A DNA stretch of 64,000 nt from Bacteriovorax stolpii (GCA_945860415.1 CAMAQA010000006.1:959-64958), one strand, 5' to 3'. Shown: positions 27,940-40,200, counted from the first letter of the stretch. Notes: generated by a model from the letters alone, not told the origin. Translations and numbers: made by a program.

Positions 27940-29088
27940 TCAGCCAAAGAAATTTTTTACTTTCTCGAAAAACCGGTGGTGGAGCGGATTTGACGAATCG
28001 CCTCCGAGCTCGTCAAATTTCCGTAGAAGTTCCTTCTGCTCGCTCGAGAGTTTCGAGGGGGTTTCGATCAGCACTCGAACCAGCTGGTCGCCACGGCCGC
28101 GCTGGTCGAGGCGGGTGATTCCCTTGTTTTTCAGACGGAAGATCTTGTGCGACTGTGTTCCTGCCGGAACCTTCATCGTCACCTTGCCTTCGAGCGTCGG
28201 TACCTCGATCTCTGAGCCGATCGCCGCCTGGGTGAACGTGATCGGAACGTCACAGATGACGTCCGAGTCTTCGCGCGTGAAGAAATCATGCGGCAGGATA
28301 TTGACGACGACGTAGAGGTCGCCGGCCATTGCTCCGCGTTCTCCGGCTTCACCTTCTCCGGTGAGCTTGAGCTTCTGTCCTGAATCGATTCCGGCCGGAA
28401 TCTTGAGCGAGATCTGCGTTCGTTTTTTCGTCTGCCCCGTTCCGCGGCAGCTCGCGCATGGGTCTTGGATCATCTCGCCCGATCCTGCGCATCGTGGACA
28501 GGGCTGCGAGATCGCAAAAAAGCCCTGCTGGAAGCTCACCTCGCCACGGCCACCGCACTGCGAGCAGGTGACGGGCTTGGTTCCTGGCTTCGCACCCGAG
28601 CCTTCACACGTGTCGCATGCCACGGTCTTTGGAATCGTGATCACCTTTTCGGTGCCAAAGGCAGCCTCCTCGAAGGTGATGTCCACGGTGGTTCGAATGT
28701 CGTTGCCCGGGCGGCCACCTCGGCGCCTTCGGCCTCCGCGCGGACCACCGCCCATCTGGCCGAAGATGTCGCCGAAGATATCGCCAAAGATGTCGTTGAA
28801 GCCGCCGGCACCTGCGCCGAAGCCTTCAAATCCGCCGAATCCCTGTCCGCCGCCGGCTGCACCCGCGTTGGCGGCATGGCCGAACTGATCGTACATCTGC
28901 TTCTTCTTCGGGTCAGACAGAACTTCGTAGGCTTCGGAGAGCTCCTTGAACTTTTCCTCGGCAGCCTTGTCGCCCGGATTCTTATCCGGATGGAACTGGA
29001 TGGCGAGCTTGCGGTAGGCCCTCTTCAGGTCCTCCGGCGACACATTCCGGGCAACGCCCAGGACTTCGTAATAATCGCGCTTTGCCAT
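27940..29088 (-). CDS. dnaJ: Molecular chaperone DnaJ
   Basis: J-domain (YYEVLGV...HPDKN), Gly-rich linker, four CxxCxGxG zinc-finger repeats. Confidence 0.95.
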   Translation of the reverse strand: MAKRDYYEVLGVARNVSPEDLKRAYRKLAIQFHPDKNPGDKAAEEKFKELSEAYEVLSDPKKKQMYDQFGHAANAGAAGGGQGFGGFEGFGAGAGGFNDIFGDIFGDIFGQMGGGPRGGRRRRGGRPGNDIRTTVDITFEEAAFGTEKVITIPKTVACDTCEGSGAKPGTKPVTCSQCGGRGEVSFQQGFFAISQPCPRCAGSGEMIQDPCASCRGTGQTKKRTQISLKIPAGIDSGQKLKLTGEGEAGERGAMAGDLYVVVNILPHDFFTREDSDVICDVPITFTQAAIGSEIEVPTLEGKVTMKVPAGTQSHKIFRLKNKGITRLDQRGRGDQLVRVLIETPSKLSSEQKELLRKFDELGGDSSNPLHHRFFEKVKNFFG

Positions 29089-29104
29089 CGAGTTCTCCGG
29101 CTTC

Positions 29105-29170
29105 GCCTGCCTGTGCAGGCTCTACAATCGCCGAAGCGCCAGCCCGGTTCTGATCCGCGCTGGCGCTTCG
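29105..29170 (-). other. Two stem-loops in the dnaK-dnaJ spacer. One has a perfect 12-bp stem; candidate attenuator or mRNA processing/stability element.
   Basis: CGAAGCGCCAGC (29132-29143) pairs with GCTGGCGCTTCG (29159-29170) around a 15-nt loop. A smaller GCCTG/CAGGC hairpin lies at about 29105-29120. No T-tract follows, so it is not a classic intrinsic terminator. Confidence 0.4.
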
Positions 29171-29195
29171 TCCGTGTGGTCGTGTTGGATCGAGA

Positions 29196-31115
<1,920 letters not shown>

Positions 31116-31163
31116 AAAAGTCCCTCAATTCTCTTGCTGTTAAGGTGTGTTCGGTTTCGGTTT

Positions 31164-31169
31164 TGTCAA
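31164..31169 (-). promoter_or_regulatory. Candidate -35 hexamer (TTGACA) in the dnaK upstream spacer
   Basis: TTGACA on the minus strand about 50 nt upstream of the dnaK ATG. The downstream -10 is weak (CCTTAACA). Confidence 0.2.
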
Positions 31170-31195
31170 TTTTTGCGAGTTAAGCATCCGTACTT

Positions 31196-31780
31196 TCAGC
31201 CATTTACTCCGTTGCCCTGCGTTGCAGGGCCGGCGCTGATGACCACGCGGGCCGGACGAAGCAGGCGTCCATGGAGCACGTATCCCTTCTGGTGCTCTTG
31301 GATCACGATACCCGCCGGGCTTTCCGACGCCTGCTGGCCGACCGCCTCGTGGACGTTCGGGTCAAAAGGTTTGCCGCTCGCGCTGACCGCCTCGACACCG
31401 TGGCGCTGGAGAGTCTGGTTCAGCTGGTCTAGGACCATCTGGATTCCAGCGCGGAGATTTTTGTCGGTGCTTTCCGGAATGTGGTCGACGGCGCGCTGAA
31501 GATTGTCGGCCACCTGGATCACGTCTCGAGCCGCTTTTTCAAAGCCGTACTTCAGGAGCTCTTCGCGCTCGCGGGCGACGCGCTTCTTGTAGTTGTCGAA
31601 CTCAGCGTAAAGGTAGACGTATTTCTGCTGCTCGGCTTTGACCTGCTCCTCGAGCTTGGCGAGCGCGGCGGTCTCGTCCGTCTTCGGGGCCTGCTCGGCG
31701 GCTTCGGAATTCGCGGGGTTGGGAGGAAATTCTGACACGACATGCTCTCTTTCAGGATTGAGGCCCCTTACTATGGGCAC
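31196..31780 (-). CDS. grpE: Nucleotide exchange factor GrpE
   Basis: YLRLYAEFDNYKKR-type core (KYVYLYAEFDNYKKRVARERE) and the GrpE C-terminal beta domain. Confidence 0.9.
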   Translation of the reverse strand: MPIVRGLNPEREHVVSEFPPNPANSEAAEQAPKTDETAALAKLEEQVKAEQQKYVYLYAEFDNYKKRVAREREELLKYGFEKAARDVIQVADNLQRAVDHIPESTDKNLRAGIQMVLDQLNQTLQRHGVEAVSASGKPFDPNVHEAVGQQASESPAGIVIQEHQKGYVLHGRLLRPARVVISAGPATQGNGVNG

Positions 31781-31813
31781 CGGTCCAGGAACGTCAAGCG
31801 AGCGGGTGAACGA

Positions 31814-33019
31814 TTAGGCCAGCGTGGCAATGACCTGGTCGGAAACGGCAAATCCCCGGGCGGTCAACCGCAAGGTCGAGAGCTTAGCCGGGTGGCGCTC
31901 GAGGACGCCCTGTTCTTGGAGCAGGCGGGCCTTACGAAGCTTTTGGTCGCCATCCAACCAGCTCTCAGGAAATCCTTCGGATAGCCGGAGCGCGAGCATC
32001 CACTTTTCGAGCTCGGCATCCTCGGCCTTCAGCTCCTCCGTCCACTCGATCGGAAGCCGCCCCTGCTTCAGGAGTTGCGCGTACTTGTGGAGTGACGAAA
32101 CATTCTTCCACCGGATTCCGGCCGGACCGGGGTTCGGGTCGAAGGCGTGGGCCGAAGGGCCTGCCGAGAGGTAGCCCTCGCGCTTCCAGTAGGCGAGGTT
32201 GTGTCGGGCCTGCCTGCCTGACTTCGAGAAATTCGAAATTTCGTAGTGCTCGAACCCGTGCGACGCCATCCACCGGTCGATCAGCAGCAGGTGCTCGAGC
32301 TGCTGGTCCTCGTTCGGCAGCTCACGATGCATCTTGTGGGTCTTCGGAAGCGTGAGCAGGTAGCAGCTGAGGTGCGTGATCGGGTACCGCGTGAGCGTAT
32401 CGAGCGCCGCTTCGAGGTCCTGGAGCGTCTGCTGCGGAACGCCGCAGAGCAGGTCGACCGAAACATTGTCGAAACCCGCGTCGAAAATGGCATCGAGGCT
32501 TTCCAGCGCCTTGTCGCGCGAGTGCACGCGACCCAGGCGAAGGAGCAGGTCATCGCGGAGGGCCTGGACTCCCATGCTGATCCGGTTCACCCCGAGTGCG
32601 CGGTACTGCCTGAGGCGTTCGCGATCGACTGAGGAGGGATTGGCCTCCATGGTCCATTCCGTGTTGGAGGTCACGCGCGTGGCCTTCCAGAGCGGTTCGA
32701 GGGCACGTGCCATCGAGTCGGGAGGCGTCATGCTGGGTGTGCCGCCACCCATGAAGATCGTGTCGAGTTCCGGCGCGAACCGAGGGTGCGTGGGGGCTTC
32801 GGATGAGGGGCTTCCTGCGGCGACGATCGGAGCGCCCGAGACCAGGAGCTCGAGTTCCGTACGTAGCGCTTCCTCGAAAAGGGGCGCGTCAGAGTCCTTC
32901 GTCCGCTCGCGGCCGATCGAGTAGAAGTCACAATAATGACACTTCGACTCGCAAAACGGAAAGTGCAGGTAGAGTGAGCGAATGCCCGGGCTGTTCCCGG
33001 CCTGGCGTTCCATGGCCAC
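31814..33019 (-). CDS. hemW: Radical-SAM heme chaperone HemW (HemN-like, oxygen-independent coproporphyrinogen oxidase family)
   Basis: LYLHFPFCESKCHYCDFYS (CxxxCxxC radical-SAM motif). It sits in the conserved position upstream of grpE-dnaK-dnaJ. Confidence 0.85.
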   Translation of the reverse strand: MAMERQAGNSPGIRSLYLHFPFCESKCHYCDFYSIGRERTKDSDAPLFEEALRTELELLVSGAPIVAAGSPSSEAPTHPRFAPELDTIFMGGGTPSMTPPDSMARALEPLWKATRVTSNTEWTMEANPSSVDRERLRQYRALGVNRISMGVQALRDDLLLRLGRVHSRDKALESLDAIFDAGFDNVSVDLLCGVPQQTLQDLEAALDTLTRYPITHLSCYLLTLPKTHKMHRELPNEDQQLEHLLLIDRWMASHGFEHYEISNFSKSGRQARHNLAYWKREGYLSAGPSAHAFDPNPGPAGIRWKNVSSLHKYAQLLKQGRLPIEWTEELKAEDAELEKWMLALRLSEGFPESWLDGDQKLRKARLLQEQGVLERHPAKLSTLRLTARGFAVSDQVIATLA

Positions 33020-33057
33020 CTCTCTAACGCGCGAGAACTCTGGCGGTCACCCTCAAA

Positions 33058-35751
33058 ATGGGCCAAAATCGAAGGCTCATGAAAATCCCCTACGACCGGC
33101 CATTTGAAGAGCGTCTCAGTAACGGCATTCCCGTCATTTTCCAACACTTCGACGGGGCGGTGGCCTCGATCTACTGGTGGAACCAGGTCGGTAGCTGCGA
33201 CGAGCAGAAGGGCGAAGAGGGCTACGCCCACTTCCTCGAGCACATGCTTTTCAAGGATACGAGCGCGAAGGAAACGGGCGCCGCATCGAGCGGCAAGACC
33301 GCCCGCGCGATCGAGTCGCTGGGTGGCGACATCAACGCCTACACGTCCTTTGACCAGACGGTCTATCACGTCACCTGCTCCGAACATCACTGGGAGCGCG
33401 TGCTGAAGGAATTCGCCGTCCTCGCCCGTCCGCAGCGATTCCTGAAGGAGGATTTCACGCGCGAGCGCGAAGTCATCCTCGAGGAGCTGCGCAAGAACGA
33501 GGACTCTCCGGAGCGCCAGCATTTCCAGGCGCTCTTCAGCAGCACCTTCAGCCAGCACCCGTATGGACGTCCGGTCATCGGCTTCGTCAAGACGCTCAAG
33601 GCTGCCACCGTGTCGAAGCTCGAAGCCTTCTATCGTCGCAATTACATTTCCGGCCGCATGGGAATCGTCATGGTCGGCCCGATTGCCGATGTCGACGGCT
33701 CGCGCGTGAAGAACCTGATGGCGCTCCTCGAGCGCTACTTCGGATCAGCCGTGTTTCCGCGGCGCGAAGGCCTGCGTCTTCCTCGCAAGCCTGAACCCAT
33801 TCTTCAGCCGAAGATTCGCGTGATTCCTCGCGAGTTCGAAGTGCAGCTGCCGTCGGCAAATTTTGCGTTCCGGGTTCCGGAGCTGGGCCATCCTGATCTC
33901 GCGGCACTTGATCTGCTCTCCGGGGCACTGACCATGGGCGAAAGCTCGCGCCTGTACCAGAGCCTCTTCAACCAGAAGTCGCTCGTCACGGAAGTCAGTG
34001 GCGGCCTCTATGTTCCGCATGATCCCGGAATGCTCTACTTCCACGTCGATGTCGATTCGGCGGAAAAGCTGAATCCGGCGCTCGATGAGACCTTTCGCCT
34101 GCTCGAAGAAAGCCGCGAAAATCCCCCAAACAAGGTGGAGGTCGACCGCATCCTCGCACATGCGGAGAGCGATCGTTTCTACTCGCAGCAGACTGCGGAC
34201 GGCATCGCCGGACGCCTGGGCTTCCTCCGCTTCATCGTCAACGACATGGGGTATGACGAGCGGTACATTGCCGAGCTCCGCTCCGTGACGCCCGAACGCG
34301 TGCGCCATGTCGCACACGAGTACCTGAACTGTGCGCGCCTGAGTGGCGCCTACCTGATTCCGAAGTCGATGAAGGACAAGATCGACATCTCGCACCTGGA
34401 GTCTGCTGCACGCAAGGTGCTGCCGACTGCGGCCAGCGAGCCCGCGTCGCGCGTCGGGGCGAAGAAGGCGAAGGCTCCAAAGGAGAAGATTCCGTACCAG
34501 GAGTGGCAGCTCGACTCCGGCCTGACGATCCTGCATCGCGAACGCAGCCACTCGCACGTGGTCAGTACACAGATCTGCGTCCAGGGGGGCCTCAGGCTCG
34601 AAATCGGCAATCCGCTCTTCTCGAGCGAAAAGGACTGGGGAGTCAGCCAGTGCCTCGCGATGACGTGGAACAAGGGCACTGGTCTCTACTCCGCTCGTGA
34701 CATCGCCCAGAAGGTCGAAGGTCGCGCGGCAAGCCTCGATGGTTTCTCCGGTCGAAACACCATCGGCCTGCAGATGACGTCGCTTGCGCGAGACTTTGGC
34801 GACCTGCAGCCGCTCTTCGATGACGTGCTCGTCGGAGCGAGCTTTCCGGAAGAGGAAGTCGCTCACTCGAGGCGCGTGATGGAGGAATCCATCCGCACGG
34901 TCGAGGACCACTCGAGCCAGCTCTGCTCGAAGCTCTTTCTCGAGGCGCTCTATGAATATCATCCGTATCGCCGGGCTGCGCACGGATCGCTCGAAAGCGT
35001 TGCCGGGTTTGATTCGGCGAAGCTTCGGGCCTACCTCGCGCACTGGCTCAGGCCCGAGCGCGCGGTCGTTTCAGTCGTGGGCAGGATTTCCAGGCAGGCG
35101 GTCGAGGCGTGGGTCGAAGAGCTCGAGAGCCGCTGGAAGGCGGCCTTCTCCGGAGTGGCTCGTCGCCCCATCGATGAGACCCTGGCCTCCGAGCCTGCGC
35201 TCAGGGGCCCACGCTGGGTCGAAAAGCGCCTCGGCCGCGAGCAGGTGCACATCATCGTGGGCGGACTCGGCAGCACCATCGGTGGAGATGATCGCGATGC
35301 GATCCGCCTCATGCACACGCTGCTCGGAGGACAAAGTGGCAGGCTCTTCATCGAACTTCGCGAAAAGCAGGGCCTGGCGTACACCGTCTCGCCGATCGGC
35401 TTTGAGGGTGTCGAGCGCGGATACCAGGGCGTCTACATTGCCTGCTCTCCGGAAAAGGAAAAGCGCGCGATCGAAGGCATCCATGCGGTGCTGAAGAAGC
35501 TGGCCGAAAAAGGTCCGACCGCCGAAGAAATGAAACGCGCAAAGGAGTACTACCTCGGCCGCCGTGCCATGGACCTCCAGAGCGACTCCTCGCTCGCGAG
35601 CTACTATGGACTTGAGCGTGTCTATGGACTCCAGCCCAAGGGCGACGAGCAGTCACGTCGGCGCATCGAGGCCGTCACGGCAAGGCAGGTCCAGGAGACG
35701 TGCCGCAGGTACCTCGTCGATGCGAATCTCGTCACCTCGGTGGTGGGCTGA
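33058..35751 (+). CDS. Tandem-domain M16 (pitrilysin/insulinase-like) zinc peptidase
   Basis: Inverted zinc motif HFLEHM (HxxEH) followed by a second, inactive-looking M16 half; 897 aa. Confidence 0.8.
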   Translation: MGQNRRLMKIPYDRPFEERLSNGIPVIFQHFDGAVASIYWWNQVGSCDEQKGEEGYAHFLEHMLFKDTSAKETGAASSGKTARAIESLGGDINAYTSFDQTVYHVTCSEHHWERVLKEFAVLARPQRFLKEDFTREREVILEELRKNEDSPERQHFQALFSSTFSQHPYGRPVIGFVKTLKAATVSKLEAFYRRNYISGRMGIVMVGPIADVDGSRVKNLMALLERYFGSAVFPRREGLRLPRKPEPILQPKIRVIPREFEVQLPSANFAFRVPELGHPDLAALDLLSGALTMGESSRLYQSLFNQKSLVTEVSGGLYVPHDPGMLYFHVDVDSAEKLNPALDETFRLLEESRENPPNKVEVDRILAHAESDRFYSQQTADGIAGRLGFLRFIVNDMGYDERYIAELRSVTPERVRHVAHEYLNCARLSGAYLIPKSMKDKIDISHLESAARKVLPTAASEPASRVGAKKAKAPKEKIPYQEWQLDSGLTILHRERSHSHVVSTQICVQGGLRLEIGNPLFSSEKDWGVSQCLAMTWNKGTGLYSARDIAQKVEGRAASLDGFSGRNTIGLQMTSLARDFGDLQPLFDDVLVGASFPEEEVAHSRRVMEESIRTVEDHSSQLCSKLFLEALYEYHPYRRAAHGSLESVAGFDSAKLRAYLAHWLRPERAVVSVVGRISRQAVEAWVEELESRWKAAFSGVARRPIDETLASEPALRGPRWVEKRLGREQVHIIVGGLGSTIGGDDRDAIRLMHTLLGGQSGRLFIELREKQGLAYTVSPIGFEGVERGYQGVYIACSPEKEKRAIEGIHAVLKKLAEKGPTAEEMKRAKEYYLGRRAMDLQSDSSLASYYGLERVYGLQPKGDEQSRRRIEAVTARQVQETCRRYLVDANLVTSVVG

Positions 35752-35754
35752 TCG

Positions 35755-36336
35755 ATGTTCCGCAGCTGGCTCAGCTCCTTCACGGCGATCTTCGTGGCGA
35801 TGGACGTGATCGGCATGCTGCCGGTCTATTTCAAGCTCACGGAGCGCATGGAGCCCGAGGAACGGCGGAAGGTCGTCGATTTTTCGGTGATCGTGGCACT
35901 CGGTGTGGCTCTTGTCTTTGCGTTCCTCGGCCAGGCGGTCTTCCGGTTCCTCGGTATCGAGATCGCGGACTTCCGAGTCGCCGGTGGCCTGGTGCTGCTC
36001 CTGATCTCGCTCGCGGATCTTGTCGGAAAGCCCGAGCACGAGAGCCGGATCACCGGCTCCTCGGGCGTGGTGCCGCTCGCGGTGCCGCTCATCTCCGGGC
36101 CGGCCGTGCTGACGACCATTCTCCTGCATATCGAGAGCTACGGAATGATGATCGCGATCTCGGCTCTCCTGACCAATTTCGCGATCACCTGGTTCCTGAT
36201 GCGAAGGTCCGGCGCAGTTTACCGCCTCCTCGGCAAGGACGGTTCAGTCGTGGCTTCGAAGCTTGTGGCGCTTCTGCTGGCCGCGATTGCCGTCTCGATG
36301 ATCCGCGGCGGACTCCTCCAGATGATTCCGCGCTGA
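35755..36336 (+). CDS. marC: MarC-family (UPF0056) integral membrane protein
   Basis: Six predicted TM helices. The ...DVIGMLPVYFKL... and LISGPAVLTT segments match the MarC pattern. Confidence 0.7.
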   Translation: MFRSWLSSFTAIFVAMDVIGMLPVYFKLTERMEPEERRKVVDFSVIVALGVALVFAFLGQAVFRFLGIEIADFRVAGGLVLLLISLADLVGKPEHESRITGSSGVVPLAVPLISGPAVLTTILLHIESYGMMIAISALLTNFAITWFLMRRSGAVYRLLGKDGSVVASKLVALLLAAIAVSMIRGGLLQMIPR

Positions 36337-36337
36337 G

Positions 36338-36962
36338 TCAGTTTTGCTGCGCAGCCGCGTCGTTGTCTGTCGAGGGTGTCTCGTTTTCACCGCGCTCTGC
36401 TTCGAACGAGCAGTGGTACTGGATCTTCAGCCGGCGAAGCGTGCGATGAAAATCTTCTTCGCCATCGGGGCCGGAAAATTCCACGAAGTATTCGCGGACC
36501 TCATCCCAGGCGCGCTGCGAGGGGCCCGCCTTGAGAGCCGCCTGAAGTTTCTTCACTAAGGGGGGGTGTCGGCGCGAATGGATGAGACTGCGAGTAGCTT
36601 CAGAAAAGGCGTTCGCGTCGCCGCTGCGGTGGGCCTTGGCGACTGCTTCCTCGAACCTCAAACGGGCGTCCAGCCGCGACCTCCTCTGGTCGCGGTACTT
36701 CACGAAGGTCGCCGGCAGATCTCCTGCCGATTGGATTCGTTCAAGCGAAGCACGCAAGGCGGCCACACTGTCCGAGAGCGGCGTCTGCTCAGGGCTCACC
36801 TGATGGATCGAGCGGAGCTGGGAACCTGAAAATTCGGAGGGGCCGTCCAGAGAGCAGGGCTGTCCGAAGAGCATCACCTGAACCTGGGCGGCGCCTGCTT
36901 GCGAAATGAGGAGCGCCGATCCTACCAGGAGGGCGAGTGGCAAATTTTTGGCGGTTATTTTC
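36338..36962 (-). CDS. Hypothetical secreted protein
   Basis: AGGAGA lies 9 nt before the GTG at 36962. Signal peptide VKITAKNLPLALLVGSALLISQAGAA. No domain recognised. Confidence 0.5.
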
Positions 36963-37050
36963 ACGGATCTGTGTCTCCTGTGACCTGCCTGGTTTGACTC
37001 CGGATGGCTTGAGCGTAGCATAAAAAGAGGAACAGGAGGGGGCTTGCTCG

Positions 37051-37683
37051 ATGTCAAATGACGGGCCTCAAGGTAGTTCGGGCGACAAGCTTCGGCTGGT
37101 CACTGAACCGAAGGAATTTTTCTACGAACTGATTCGGGATGCGCTTGGTTCGCAGCGCCTGACTGTCCAGCCTGAGACGGAATTCTACCTCGTCCATCTC
37201 ATGGAGAGGTTCATGACGACCGGCTCGCTCTTTCCGCGATCAGGCGATGGTGGCGCGAAAGAGGAGTCGCTCGCGCTGATGATGCTTGATGCGTTCGACC
37301 AGGCTGCGCCGGAGCATCAGCGCTCGATCTTCCGCCACGTCGGAGACTTCTCTTTGTACGTCGCTGGATTTTTCCAGGACAGCCTGAATCGCAAGGTTGT
37401 CGATGTGGACTACTACATTGGCATGGGAGGCGCGGCCTACCGCGCCGTCGCCCAGCGCGAGGAGTCGCAGCAAAAGCAGCGAGTTTACGGAGAGCTTTCG
37501 GAAAAATTCCCGAAGTTCGTCGACGTGCTGGCGCTCATCAGCGACAAGACGACTCCGAAGAGCCAGACCGATTTGTTGAGGATGTATGACGTGTGGGTAC
37601 GCACGCGCAGCGAACGTGCCGCGCGTGCGCTCCAGGAAGCGGGAATCATTCCTTCGCAGTCAGCGAAGAAGACGGTCCAATAA
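37051..37683 (+). CDS. Hypothetical cytoplasmic protein (210 aa)
   Basis: Long ORF in a coding-dense context. No motif recognised. Confidence 0.45.
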   Translation: MSNDGPQGSSGDKLRLVTEPKEFFYELIRDALGSQRLTVQPETEFYLVHLMERFMTTGSLFPRSGDGGAKEESLALMMLDAFDQAAPEHQRSIFRHVGDFSLYVAGFFQDSLNRKVVDVDYYIGMGGAAYRAVAQREESQQKQRVYGELSEKFPKFVDVLALISDKTTPKSQTDLLRMYDVWVRTRSERAARALQEAGIIPSQSAKKTVQ

Positions 37684-37689
37684 CGGAGA

Positions 37690-38355
37690 TTACTCGATCG
37701 TGACGGACGTCATGCGATCGCCAACGGTGATCTGCTTGGCAACGTCCTGGCCCTCCGTGACCTGTCCGAAGACGGTGTAGGAGCGGTCCAGGTGCGGATG
37801 GCGTCCGAGCGAGATATAGAACTGCGAGTCGGCCGAGTTCGGATCGGCCGCGCGGGCCATGGCCACGGTGCCTTCGACATGGCGACGTTCATTGAATTCG
37901 GCTGGAAGCTTCTGGCCGCTGCCACCCGTGCCGTTGCCGCTCGGGTCGCCGCCCTGGATCACAAAGCCCGGAACCACGCGGTGGAAAGTCAGGCCGTTGT
38001 AAAAGCCCTGCTGGATCAGCTCGACCATTCGGGCGACCGTCTTCGGGGCGTCCTTCGAATAGAACTTGTACTTCATCACGCCCTTGGTGGTGGTGATCAC
38101 GACTGTGGAATTCGAAAGTCCGTTGGAATCAGTGTTCAGATCGGCAGCCATTTTCTTCTCCTGTTTGTTCTCGGTGAGGGAAGCGGGTGAGGACGACGGA
38201 GCCGGGCTCGCCGGAGCCAGCGCATCGGCCGCCGGAGCGGTCGTTGCCTGCGTGGCGGGAGCGGTGGTCGTCGGGGTTCGGGTGCAGGCCGCCCAGAAAG
38301 TGAGGCCCGTGGTCATTACTGCAAGCAGCATGTAGGGAACGTGACGCGCATTCAT
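37690..38355 (-). CDS. Cyclophilin-type peptidyl-prolyl cis-trans isomerase, lipoprotein
   Basis: Lipobox LTFWAAC, Ala/Pro/Thr-rich linker, then GFYNGLTFHRVVPGFVIQGGDP...FGQVTEG cyclophilin motifs. The start was moved to the internal Met (MNARH); the upstream part of the track ORF is shadow sequence. Confidence 0.85.
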   Translation of the reverse strand: MNARHVPYMLLAVMTTGLTFWAACTRTPTTTAPATQATTAPAADALAPASPAPSSSPASLTENKQEKKMAADLNTDSNGLSNSTVVITTTKGVMKYKFYSKDAPKTVARMVELIQQGFYNGLTFHRVVPGFVIQGGDPSGNGTGGSGQKLPAEFNERRHVEGTVAMARAADPNSADSQFYISLGRHPHLDRSYTVFGQVTEGQDVAKQITVGDRMTSVTIE

Positions 38356-38400
38356 GAATTGACACCTCTTTGCAACGGGCAATATGACCGACACACTTCC

Positions 38401-39243
38401 ATGGCTCAAGAACAATTGACTCCGAATCTCGCGAAAGGTCCCGTGATGGGAATCTTCGAACATGCCGATGAGCTGCGCTTGCGACTGATGCGCTGCCTGT
38501 ACATCTTCATGGCGGGTTTCGCGGTGTTCTATTTTTTGGCCGAGCCGATGCTGGCATTCCTGAGGCAGCCGCTCTTCGATGTCCTTCCCCCGGATCGCCA
38601 GAGGCTGTACTTCACGTCGCTTTTCGAGAACTTTCTGACCCATCTCAAGGTGGCGGGATATGCCTCCGCACTTTTTCTCTCTCCCGCCTACTTTCATCAG
38701 CTCTGGGGGTTTGTCGCTCCCGGGCTGTATCAAAAGGAAAAGCGCTGGGTGTTTCCATTCCTGGCCGCGGGGGCGGTGTTCTTTTTTCTGGGGGCAGGAT
38801 TCGCCTACAAGGTCCTCTTTCCGGCGGCCTTCAAGTTCTTCGTCCAGTACGGCTCTCCGACGGATGTTCCTCTGCTGACGATCAGTTCGTATTACGACAC
38901 GTGCCTGAAGCTGATGCTGCTCTTCGGACTTTCCTTTGAGCTGCCCGTCATCCTGGTGTTCATGGGATGGCTGGGGCTCCTCACTCCCGTCCAGATGCGG
39001 GTCCATCGCAGGACGGCGATCCTGATCATCACAGTCCTGTCAGCCCTGTTCGCCCCGCCGGACGCCATGTCGATGCTCCTGCTCATGGCTCCCCTGATTC
39101 TGATGTATGAGGGGTCCATTCTGGTCGTTGCGTGGATTCAAAAACGTCGGCCGCCACGGACCGCCGAATCGATGCCTGCTGTTGCGGGAGGCCCTGCACC
39201 CGAGCCTCAGGACCCTTGGAGGGGCCGCTCGATCCGGTCTTGA
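38401..39243 (+). CDS. tatC: Sec-independent (twin-arginine) translocase subunit TatC
   Basis: Six TM helices with TatC-type conserved segments (FMAGFAVFYFLAEPMLAFL ... SFELPVILVFMGWLGLL). Confidence 0.85.
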   Translation: MAQEQLTPNLAKGPVMGIFEHADELRLRLMRCLYIFMAGFAVFYFLAEPMLAFLRQPLFDVLPPDRQRLYFTSLFENFLTHLKVAGYASALFLSPAYFHQLWGFVAPGLYQKEKRWVFPFLAAGAVFFFLGAGFAYKVLFPAAFKFFVQYGSPTDVPLLTISSYYDTCLKLMLLFGLSFELPVILVFMGWLGLLTPVQMRVHRRTAILIITVLSALFAPPDAMSMLLLMAPLILMYEGSILVVAWIQKRRPPRTAESMPAVAGGPAPEPQDPWRGRSIRS

Positions 39244-39358
39244 GGTCCCCGAGCTAGCGTGATAGTCACGCTTCTCACGTCCTTGCTCGCAGGATTTTAA
39301 AAGCGGGCTTTTGGGTATTCGGGGAATTGGCCCCGCCCATCATCCATAAGGAGATACT

Positions 39359-39850
39359 ATGGCTACTCAGACCCATTCGGGCGTTCTGCCCGGATATGAA
39401 ACGACGTTCATCACCAAGTCCGAAATGTCGGACGACGCCCTCAAGGCGCTCAAGGATCGCCTGACGGCGGTTTTTGGCCAGTTCAGCGGAGAGCTCGTGC
39501 TTTCCGAAGACTGGGGCAAGCGCAAGCTGGCATACCCGATCGCGAAGGAAGTTCGCGGTCACTACACGTACTTCGTGTACACCGGCAAGGGAGATGTCGT
39601 CCACGAGCTGGAGCGCAACCTGCGTCTCAACGACCAGGTGCTACGATTCCTGAGCGTTAATCTGGACAAGGAATTCAACGCGGAGAACTTCAAGAAGTCT
39701 CGCTCGGATCAGCAGGCTGCCGCCAAGAAGCGCGAAGAAGAGCGTGAAGCTCGTCGTGAAGAGCGCGCGGGCTACAGCGATCGTCGTTACCGCCAGGACT
39801 CGGTCGAGCGCACGATCGAGCCGGCCACTGCTGCTGACGAAGAAGTTTAA
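39359..39850 (+). CDS. rpsF: 30S ribosomal protein S6
   Basis: YETTFITKSEMSDDALKALKDRL...WGKRKLAYPI...GHYTYFVY. AAGGAG RBS. Acidic C-terminal tail. Confidence 0.95.
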   Translation: MATQTHSGVLPGYETTFITKSEMSDDALKALKDRLTAVFGQFSGELVLSEDWGKRKLAYPIAKEVRGHYTYFVYTGKGDVVHELERNLRLNDQVLRFLSVNLDKEFNAENFKKSRSDQQAAAKKREEEREARREERAGYSDRRYRQDSVERTIEPATAADEEV

Positions 39851-39877
39851 TTTCCAAAGGATACTTAGAGGTTTCAC

Positions 39878-40195
39878 ATGGCTTTCAAGAGAGAAGACAA
39901 GGCTGAAATGGGCGGTCGCGAAGATCGCGGTTTCGAAGGTAAGGACGGAGATGATCGCGGCGGTCGTCGTGGTGGTGGATTCCATCGCAAGAAGGTGTGC
40001 CGCTTCTGCTCCGACAACGAATACATCATGGACTACAAGGATGTCCGCATGATGCAGTCGTTCGTCTCCGAGCACGGCAAGATCGTGCCGCGCCGGATTT
40101 CCGGCAACTGCGCGATGCACCAGCGCAAGCTGACCTCTGCGGTCAAGCGCGCTCGCAACATCGCCCTCGTTGGCTACGTTTCGTCCGGTTTCTAA
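39878..40195 (+). CDS. rpsR: 30S ribosomal protein S18
   Basis: [59 protein letters not shown]. Confidence 0.95.
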   Translation: MAFKREDKAEMGGREDRGFEGKDGDDRGGRRGGGFHRKKVCRFCSDNEYIMDYKDVRMMQSFVSEHGKIVPRRISGNCAMHQRKLTSAVKRARNIALVGYVSSGF

Positions 40196-40200
40196 TCCGA

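Noticed and set aside
33745-35043. 432-aa minus-strand ORF inside the M16 peptidase gene
   Set aside because: Shadow ORF antisense to a gene with a clear HxxEH catalytic motif. It shows the composition typical of high-GC antisense frames.
39244-39358. Possible structured rpsF leader (an S6:S18-binding autoregulatory element)
   Set aside because: There is a GGGG-AATTGG-CCCC hairpin and GC-rich complementarity, but I cannot match it confidently to the known rpsF-leader motif without a covariance-model search.
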